Part shown: in pieces, positions 54,771 to 64,000 of the stretch
Layout of the letters: each line of letters opens with the position of its first letter
Position numbering within the stretch: position 1 is the stretch's first letter
Origin: Ancylonema sp.
Taxonomy: Eukaryota
Length of the DNA stretch: 64,000 nucleotides
Direction of reading: 5' to 3'
Assembly (NCBI GenBank): GCA_050230475.1
Contig: JBFLGF010000176.1
Location: 1-64,000, forward strand
The notes under the pieces: model-generated
What the model was told of the DNA's origin: nothing
Seen by the model: the letters and a program-made list of their open reading frames with translations, nothing else
Databases searched by the model: none
Translations under genes and position numbers: made by a program

Positions 54771-56333
54771 GGCTGCTAGCAGCCTCGACCGACCCTCCAA
54801 ACCTGCATACATTCCCCCCCAAGCCAGAGCTGCAGATCAGTTCCCCGAGCAAGTGCCCTCTCACCTGCAGATCGTCCCTATGGACCTCGATGGAACTCGC
54901 CGCCAGATCCTGAATGTATAACCAGCGGAAATGGCTCGCCGTGTGGCTGGCAACCTGTGCCACAACTCTGGCGTGCCAGGCCATGACAACAGGACTTGTC
55001 CCAACAAGGGCAAGGGACCACCGTGCGCTTCCTGGATCTGCAACACTCAGAGTCAAAAAAGGGACCACCCCACACAGTCCTAGGAGGGGTCTGTGCGGGT
55101 CCCCTCCCTACCCTCCCCCTCCCACCCCCGCCAGCTACTGCTGGCCTGCGTTACTCCGTTACCCCCTTATACCTGTTCGTGTGCTGATCGACTCTGGGGC
55201 GTCAGGCAACTTCATAGACCCCCAGCTCCTGAAAGACAACAACCTACCCACCAATCCCCATCCCTAGCCTATCCCGGTCGAGCTTATTGATGGCAGCCCC
55301 CCAGCTGCTGGCCCCATTACCTGCTACTTCTCAGCACAACTCCGATCCCCAGGCGACCATACGGAGACCATCACCTTGGACGTCACCCGACTGGCGCACT
55401 GCCCAGTCGTCCTAAGTTTCCCTTGGCTGCACAAGCACAACCCCAACATAGACTGGCGGTCAGGCACCCTGTCCCTCACCAGTCCCCACTGTGCTGCTCA
55501 GTGCTTGCTGTCCAGCACTTCCCCCCCCCTTCCCCCCCCTTCCCCTTCCCTATACCCAGCACAAACCTGCAATTTTGAACGCTGTGCACTCCCCTTCCGA
55601 CCCCGCCCTGTTAGCCCAGCTCCCTCCCGAGTACCACGACTTCGCAGACGTGTTCTCCGAGGAGGCTGCAAACACCCTTCCCCCCCACAGGTCCTACCGA
55701 CTTAGCGATCCCTCTCGGACCAGGCAAGGAACCCCCCTGGGGGCCGATTTATACTTTGTCAGAGCCGGAGCTGGCAACTCTCAAAACGTACATAACGGAC
55801 AACTTGGCAAATGACTTCATCCGGCCATCCACCAGCCCGGGTGGAGCAACCGATTATGTTCATCAAAAAGGCTGATGGCAAACTAAGGTTGTGCGTGGAC
55901 TACCGCCAGCTCAATGTGGTCACGGTGAAGAATCGCTGCCCTTTACCCCTCATACTTGAGCTGTTGGACCGCCTCAACTCCGCCACGATCTTCACCAAGA
56001 TAGACCTACGCAACGCTTATCACTAGCTGCGCGTCAAAGAGGGGGATGAGTACAAGCAAGACTGCATTCCGCTGCCGCTACGGCCACTACGAGTACCTGG
56101 TCTGCCCTTTCGGGCCTACCAATGCTCCGGCAGCATTTCAGTCCATCATTAACGACGTGTTTCGCGAGCCTCTCGACGTCTTCTTAGCAAATCTCCTCGA
56201 TGACATGTTCATCTACTCCCCCTCCCCTGCCGAACATGTACCCCACGTCCGTGCTATCCTGGCAATTGTACGCGAGAACAACCTCTATGCTAAGATCGAG
56301 AAGTGTCAGTTCAACACAGACACTATTGACTTT
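54771..56333 (+). mobile_element. Ty3/gypsy 5' half (gag C-terminus, protease, RT), inverted relative to the 3' half
   Basis: VPMDLDG plus degenerate zinc knuckle; protease [61 protein letters not shown]...IDF. Contains stops and frameshifts. Confidence 0.95.
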
Positions 56334-56917
56334 AATTGAAGTTCATGTCGTCTATTATTATTGATGACCATTGTTTAAAGTGACGTAGTGCATATGTTTA
56401 TTATCTTCATGTTTTTTGTATGTCACTACAAGTGATGCAAGTGACGTATTAGTAGGGAAGTCCCATTTGACGCATTTGTTGTAAGCCTTGCACGTCACAG
56501 GTTGTGAAAATAAGTTATTGTAAGTTATGATTATATGTAATGAGGTACATAAACATGTAAGTCAAAACTCACAACCATTACACTAAATATGTGTGAGGCA
56601 AGTTACACAATACATATTGCAAGATATGCAAGTGCAATACGATGTTGCCAATACCACTAAATATGGCGAAAGTTTATGCTTATGAATAATGATACGGTAT
56701 CATTGATACTGTGATGAAGTACAAAGTGTCTTATGTTGAACTACTTGCATTTGTTGTGATATTTCACTAACAGCGATGTTCCGATCTCTCGCAAATTATG
56801 GCAGACATAACCCGATTGCTCGTGGTACGCCGAATCTATTGTCCGATGTCCACTCAAAGTATGCACAATGACGGCACGTCACTTGTCATTGACAATTTTT
56901 GTAGAAAATTTTTGGTC

Positions 56918-57132
56918 ACAGGCCTGCCAATTCCCAACCCCCACCTGAAGTAGAACAATTTAGGCCCTAACTTGATGGTTGGGGGTGGGAAATGCCCCTA
57001 AACTGCACCTAATTTATAATTTAAATTTAGGGGTTTTTAGGGGTGCTTTCTGGGCGTACCCTTGTTATGTTTTTGTAATCACGGTCTAAATACCCCTAAT
57101 TACAACTAGGGTTTTTGGACATGCCATCCCTG
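56918..57132. mobile_element. Small hAT-like MITE remnant
   Basis: Imperfect termini CAGGCCTGCCA / TGCCATCCCTG; core shared with 39755-39880; no TSD seen. Confidence 0.5.
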
Positions 57133-57554
57133 GTCTGCAGAGTGACGGATTGTTGCTCGGGTGTTTTATGATGGGGTATGATCTCCCTTGTTATGTTCGT
57201 GTAGAATGTCCGATTATTGTCGTTTATTTATACTAATGGGGATCCCATCGTGCTTGATAATATGCATCTCCCTTTTAGTGCGATCTTTTTTATTCAAAAT
57301 CCCATGCTTATTCGAATGGCTACAAGCTAATGCGACTGGCTAGCTAACTCAAGTTGATATACCGTTCAAACATGTTTTACGGTTCACGATTGGTCACTAA
57401 GCGATGCGTGGTGATTACCCAACTCACAAAGGACCTTATTTTCAGAAGTTCGTGACGATTCACATAAGTTTTGTGTTTGTCTTCTCTTTTTGTTGTTTGT
57501 TGTTTTTGTCATTCCGATCTTTACATCGCTACTACCTCGCGATGTTGTCATACT

Positions 57555-58387
57555 TGTTCGAGTAGCACGTGCGGCACGTGTGTGCCGTACGGTCCGGGCC
57601 GGGTATTGACCCGGGTACGGTTGACGCCGCTAGCATGCGGTCTGCGGTAGGGCAGTAGGCGGCTGGGGGCTGGGTGATTTATTTGTTCGCGATAGAGCGG
57701 CAGCGGGCGGGAGCCTGCAGGGGCCCGTCGGAATATTAATTGTTCGATAGAGCGATCGATATTCAATTGGTGTAGCGAGGGATAGTTACTAGCCGTTTGA
57801 CTTTTGGTTGCGGTTCGATATAGCGGGTGTCAGGCCACGGGACGTTCCAGCGAAACGTGGTCGGGTCCGGCCCCCGGGTTGTGGGGTCATATAGTGCCAT
57901 GCTGGCATGAATGTGATTGGTCGATTGTGATCGTTAGCGATTTCGACTTTGGGTAGGATATGCTTGGACTGGATGCATCCGATCGGACGCATGTGTACGG
58001 CGTAGAATATATTCTAGCGTACGGAAAGTACAAGTGAGCCGGAAGTGTCTTGTTGGACTTCCGGACTATGTATTCTGATGCATGGGCACTCTGGCTGCAT
58101 TACGCCAGAGTGCATACCAACTAAGCTTTGGCAAGAGCGGTAACGTGTCGTTTTGTGATTACGTTGAGCTTTGACTATGGCGATGTTAAAGGCTGATATC
58201 GTTGAGCGGATGCTGAATATCGTAGCGGTGATCATTTGCTGCGTACGATAGTGCGTTCGACGCGTCGAGAGACAGCGTTATATATCTTGCCCGGTACGTT
58301 CACTCTGGCGTAATGCTACGCCTACGCTTGTAAAATTCTTAAAACCTGATACTACTGAGATTTTCAGTGCGTAGCTAAGTTCGAACA
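57555..58387 (+). mobile_element. Putative 5' LTR of the gag-bearing element
   Basis: Bounded by inverted TGTTCGA...TCGAACA directly upstream of the gag ORF; canonical PBS not clear. Confidence 0.5.
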
Positions 58388-58430
58388 ACCCAAGGTGGTA
58401 GTCTTAGGTTCATTCTGAGTCGGGCAGTTC

Positions 58431-61015
58431 ATGTCTGCTTGGTCCCGCGACGAGAACATACGTTTGGTTCGGAGAGTGGATAGTGGGGGAGGCGGTGGCG
58501 ATGGTAAATCGTCGAGCATTACATCTGATTTCAGGGCAGGATCAGTTGACTCTCAGGGTTCGGTAAACTCAAAGGGAGAGGCCGAAGTGCAGAATTTTCA
58601 GCTGGTCCTATATCAGCCACCGGTACCTCCGGTACTTGTGTTTGCGTCTTATTCGTTGGTGCATTTTGCGGATTTAGAGGAGGAGGCAGAGATGGAGAGT
58701 ACTTTGGCTGTGCCCAAGTATTCGGGAGGAGGAGGGGTGGCTCAGCACCAATTTATCCAGAATATGAAAGATATGTGGGAGGCGGAGAAGCGGAATCTCC
58801 AGAAATAGTGGGGAGTATGGCCAGTTTGAGTTCCTCAAGCGGATGTCTGGCCACGTAGAGGGGCAGGCCAGATTGGTTCTGGATGACTACCGCCGGTCCA
58901 TGGATCCGCATGACCCTGACAACCCAGCGCTGGCGATAGCGCAAGTGGTGGAAGTAGTGAGGGTAATCTGGCGCATATACTATGGCCAAAAGGCGAGTTG
59001 GCAGCTGATGCGACTCACCTCAGGACTTCAGAGACCTCCAGTAGCACCTCTAGAAGCAGAACCGGCCGATCTCGAGGGATTCTTCCAGAGGTTGAGGACG
59101 CGTTTTGCCACCGCGGGGTCGGAATGGTTAGTGGAGTTCCAGAATTTTAGACCAGCAGCAGGGACGACGGCTAACTCCATCTACTAGGACTTGTCCCGGA
59201 TAACTGTTAACCTCGTTCCACATATGGTCAGCGCCCGTCAGGCGGCGTGTTTTTATGAGGATTGTTTGCCAGGAGGGATTGAGACGGGTGGTCGGCCCAA
59301 AGCTTCGGGCTGAGGAGCAGCGCCGGGATGGAGCAGACCTTCCCAAAATGAGTATGGCAGATGTCAGAGACATTGCCACATCCCAAGAGAGGGCGCAGAT
59401 GTCGCGGGATGCGGAGCGGCAGATGTTTGGCCTATTGCCAAGCCAGAAGGAGGGGAAAAAGGAGGGAGGGGGAAGGGAGGAGGAGAAGGGGAAGCCGAGA
59501 GAAGGAGCAGGAGGGGGGGGGTCTAGGAATGAAGGAGGAGGATGGTTGGGAATGGAGGGGGTGGGAATGGAGGAGGAGGGTTGGGGGGGAAGACCCCCGT
59601 TAAGTGTTTCGCTTGTGACGGGCTCGGGCACAGAGCAGCCAACTGTCCCACAGGGAAGTGGGAGGAGACGGCATGGAGGTTGAGGGAGGCACTCAAAATC
59701 GCGGCAGCGGGACGTGGGATGGGTGTGAAAGCACCCTTCGCCGCCAGATTTGGGACGGCGAGGGGGGTGGCCATGTCCATGCCGCGGGTTCACATGACGG
59801 AGGGGGCAAGATGCAGTTTCTATGACAAACAGATTCACACTAAGGCGCAGTGTTGGGCAAAGCACCCGGAGCTTCGGCCCAATAACTACAACCCGGGGGG
59901 GGCACCTGATGCCAAGCGGCCACGTCAGGGGTTGGCCATGGCGGTACCAGGGCCACCAAGGAGGAGGGTTGCGGAGTTTGAGGACAGGCTGGGGCGGGGA
60001 GATGAGGAGTTCTTCAGCCCTGGTTACCCACGCCAGATGTTGGCAATGGGGTAGAGGAGGAGGGTGATGTAAACGGTGTGGAGTTGGGGTTCTATGTAGG
60101 GGAGATGTGGGTTTCCATGGACGTGTCAGTGGTACACGTTAGGCCACCATTCCAGATGATGGCACCACGCGCGCGGGGAGGGCGGTTTGGAGGAGGGAGT
60201 GCTGGATCAGTGCGCGCTTCCGAGAGGCTGCGGAGCATGGAGAGGGGAGAGGGTAGCAGCCTAGCAATCAGGCTAGGACACCAGAGTGCGGGGACAGCTC
60301 AAAGAGGGACACGACCAAGATCACCGGGGGCAGATGATTTGAGGCGGGTGATCCAGAACGTGGGGCAACGTATGGAGCAGGAAGAGGCGGCAGAGAGGGC
60401 AGTGCATACAGCTGGGGTCCGTGCGGCGGAAGCAACGGCGGCAGAGAGGAGGGGCCCAGGGCGACCTAGGAGGGTGATCTTCGCACACAACACTCAGCCA
60501 CGTGATATTCTGTACCTGACAGAGAGGGCCGATAGAGGGCTAGCTGTTCAGATCCGACCCGGGATGAGCGTCACGGGCGTGACAACCCCACCATAAGCCA
60601 TGGCGACAGGTGCGCCAGCGTTGTTTGTAGGGGAGAGCACTACTGTGAGGGTCCCAATGGGATACCCTCCAAGGATGGACACTGCAGCGGGGAGAGCACT
60701 GCAGGAGGCAGCAGATTTGCAATTCGGGTCCTATGACTGGCGGGCGGAGTACGGCAGATATGGCCGAGAGCCAGTTTCGATAGAGGTGGTGGAGGAGGAA
60801 ATACAGGAGGTGGTGCATAATGCCAAGGAGAGGGAGAGGCTGGTGGAGTCGGAGGCAGCCAGCAAGTACCTCGACGGAAAATTGGCAGAAACGCTGCCAA
60901 TTATGACGGGGAGGTTGGAGGTGGTACGGGATCTCAAGAAGTTGGCTGAGTCAGGGGCAATAATAGACCAGGCTAAGATGATTCAGATCATGGGTAGGGG
61001 TTTGGGTTTTAAGGA
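58431..61015 (+). pseudogene. Retrotransposon gag-like polyprotein with zinc knuckles, disrupted and truncated by copia insertion
   Basis: VPKYSG motif; helical capsid-like region; CFACDGLGHRAANC (CCHC) and a second degenerate knuckle CSFYDKQIHTKAQCWAKHP; stops and frameshifts. Confidence 0.72.
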
Positions 61016-62111
61016 TGTTACGTGATCGGTGTGCGAGGCAGTGTGATTCTTTCCGTACAAGGAACTTACGTCTCTCAGAAATGATCAATGACAAATTTTT
61101 GAGTTGGAAGAATAATCTTGAATGGTCGGCATCGTGTAGGTATACCTCGATGACTCGTCCACAACATGTATCTACAAAGCGTGCCGACGGTCATGTCTGC
61201 GAACCGTCGGCCTATCATAACTCAACAACAGTCAGATCCTGTCAACGGCACACGCCGGACAGTCTGACAAAACATAACGTCTAGATTCGGAACCATCTAG
61301 ACCGCACGTGTCAAACGGTACAACCGAAACGTCATATTCGGGTGCCCGGCATAAGTCCGGCCCCTCATATAAGCACACCCTAGGAACCCTACCGGTTACA
61401 CCGGCAGAGTCCGGACTAGCACGCTATAAGGTATGGCTATCCGAAATAATTCCTACACACCCCCTCGGATGCCATGCTAAGTTTGGCATAGAAGTCAGCA
61501 CCAAGGGACTACCCTCTCAACAGCTAAATCATGGCAAGACCATTGCATAGCCTATGAAATATTAGGGTCTTCTCTAGCATATCAATGTGCTAGAAGCATT
61601 TATCAAAAATCACAGCCGATGAAGACGATCGGAAGACGATCGGAAGCCGATCGGAAGTCGTTCGGAAGCCGAAACAGAAGACGATCGCTCCAGATCCTTA
61701 GTCGTTTTTCGGGCAGGAGCCCTGAACATACAAACAAATACCACAAGTTAGGGCACTAAAAAAATGACAACAAGTCAATCTTCTGTAGTTTTCTCCGAAT
61801 AACTTGAAAATATGCAAAACTTCACAACTTTCTCAAAACTTCTCCATTTTCTTAAAACCTTCATAACTTTCTCAATACTTCACCAAAATCAAACGATATT
61901 CTGGCACCACATTTGTAATATAAATGGCAACAACAATATGCCAGAATTCATGAACAACTGACAACTCTAGATGCAAACAGATCTGCAACTTTTCAGGTGT
62001 CCTCGAGTGTTTTCAGGGCAGAAGAAAAAGGAGTAGGGGGTGACTTAGCTGGATAGACGAGCGTTGAGATCCCTCCACAGGTGCATTCTGCAAGAGAAGA
62101 ATAACAGAACA
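61016..62111 (-). mobile_element. Putative 3' LTR of the Ty1/copia element
   Basis: Minus-strand PPT-like CAGGGGGTGTA directly precedes TGTT at 62111. The far boundary at TGTT 61016 coincides with abrupt loss of the gag ORF and is less certain. Confidence 0.55.
61621..61687 (+). repeat. 11-bp tandem repeat (GAAGACGATCG) x~6
   Basis: Visible tandem units within the putative LTR. Confidence 0.9.
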
Positions 62112-62193
62112 TACACCCCCTGCCAAACACAGCAGGGCAGCCGAAAACCCCTAGAACCTAATGTGCACCCCTTTCAGTTAACTCTCCCAAAAC

Positions 62194-64000
62194 CTAGAGA
62201 CTTTCCGTGTCTGTCAAGTAAGACCTGTGGAAGAGCCTTAGTGAACATATCGGCTGGTTGATTGGCCCCTGCCAGATACATAACTTCAGCCTGCCAGTTC
62301 TGTGGCACTCTCTACCCAGTGGTATACCACAATTGAAGTGCTTGGCTTCTCGTGGCGCTGGACTGGGTTCTGGATCATTGAAGAGTGCAGCAGTTGAGTC
62401 ACTGTAAATTGTAATTTCATTAGGGAGTTTGAGCTCATGCAAGAGCGACTTCAGGTAACAGCATTCCTTAGACACACTACAGGCAGCAATATACTCAGCC
62501 TCTGCTGTACTCTGTGCGACTGTAGACTGTTTCTGTGACTTCCGGCTTAAAGCAGTTCCCCCAACAGTAGTGACCCAGCCTGTGACCGACTTCCCAGTCA
62601 TACTGCAGTTGTTCCAACTAGCATCACAGTACCCCCTGATCTCTAACTTCCTTTGCCTCACGTAGCATATTCCGTGATCCACTGTACCCTTTAAATATCT
62701 GAACAGTTGGTGTAAGGATTTGATGTGAGCAGTCCCAGGATTCCCCATGTGTTTTGCCAGTACCCCCAGTGCATGCGCAATATCCGGTCTGGTGTGTTTC
62801 ATTGCATAAATGAGTGACCCAATTTTTCCCCGGAATTCAGTTATCTGTTCAGGTGTAGGGGGAGTTAGAGGTTCATCGTCTTGGTGAAATGTCAGTCCAG
62901 GTGGTGTAAGGGTAGTTTTGTAGGATTACAATTTGCCATGCCAAAACGTTCCAGAACCTGTTTTATGAACCCTCCCTGATGCAACGTGAGCACCCCCTGT
63001 TGTCTGTCCCTTTTCACTTCCACCCCCAGGATATGGGTAAGGGCCCCAAGATCCTTCATTTTGAATTTCCCTGATAGTTCCTGTTTGAATGCCTTAGTGA
63101 CCATGGTGTTAGGACCAACTATCACCTGATCATCTACGTGTATTCCCACTATGATCCGTGACTGTCGTGTTCCTCTGGTGTATATGCATGTGTCCATAAT
63201 ACACTGTTTGAACCCTATACTGAGCATGAAGGTTGTGAACATTTCACCCCAGACCTTGCTACTCTGTTTCAGTCCGTACAGTGCCCCCCTCATCTCAAAA
63301 CTTTTCCCCAGCCCCTCCCTCATCTCCATAAATGGTGGAATTTTCATGTATACTTCTTCCGTCAGTCTTCCGTGCAAGAAAGCAGTGACCACATCCATCT
63401 GTTCAATTTCCCAACCCTCCTGATTCGCAATAGCTAGTAGAAGAGAGATAGAGGTACTATCTACTACAGGTGCGAATATTTCATTATAGTCAACTCCTTC
63501 TTGTTGTAGAAAACTTTGGGAGACCAGTCTGACTTTATATCTTTCAAGGATTCCCGTGGGTGTGTATTTTGTTTTGAATACATATTTGCACCCCACAGCC
63601 CTTTTACCTGGTGGAAGTTCACACACCTCGAAGGTGTTGAATTCCCCCAAGCTCTTCAGCTCCTCCTGGATAGCAGCTAACCACTGGTCCCAGTCTGGCC
63701 TCGTCATGGCCTGGTTCAGCGTCGGAGGGTCGGAGGAGTCAGCAGACGTGGCAATCTACAGAATAATCCAGGGTCAGAGGGGCCGTTGAAGCCTGTGAAG
63801 AAGCATGGTGTCGCCTCCCACTCCTCGTCCTGAATGGCTGCTGCCAGCGCCTGGTCGTCGAACTCCTCCCCATCGTTTCAGAGGACATCCCCAAAGTGGG
63901 CGAAGTTTGCCCTCCCCTCCTTCTCCCCATCACCCTCTCAGCTATGCTCACAACATTTACCCCTCCTTGCCCCTCCCCTTCACCCCCTCCTTGAACCTCC
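62194..64000 (-). mobile_element. Ty1/copia pol (RT-RNase H), frameshifted, continues beyond the window
   Basis: GVDYNEIFAPV, QMDVVTAFLHG, LYGLKQS, IHVDD, MKDLG, TRPDIA, GYCDASW, STAEAEY. Confidence 0.97.

Noticed and set aside
61621..61687. Short repeat arrays as CRISPR-like loci
   Set aside because: Tandem units lack unique spacers, there are no cas genes, and the context is eukaryotic.

Overview
Eukaryotic, intron-containing DNA from a streptophyte, most likely a streptophyte green alga. This is inferred from a NAC-domain gene, plant VAMP72 and ERD6-like genes, TTTAGGG repeats and C/T-rich minisatellite introns. Host genes: CDPF1, a divergent NAC transcription factor, a DnaJ-like zinc-ribbon plastid protein, an ERD6-like sugar porter, two tail-to-tail VAMP72 R-SNAREs, an MTP6-like cation-efflux transporter, a UCP012943-type protein and WDR11. 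They are interleaved with transposon islands: a probable Helitron end (1-5998), many hAT- and Tc1/pogo-type MITEs that are often nested, an internally inverted chromodomain Ty3/gypsy element, a gag-bearing LTR element and a Ty1/copia element. The most interesting signals are (1) an intact, spliced, stand-alone zf-XS (SGS3/IDN2-type zinc finger) microprotein gene beside an RPA-like OB-fold gene inside the putative Helitron, a candidate transposon-borne silencing modulator; (2) a hairpin/P-nucleotide footprint at one end of a hAT MITE; (3) palindromic junctions at both ends of the Ty3 inversion; (4) an apparent GA-AG intron. All family assignments come from manual reading and motif recognition; no database search was run.
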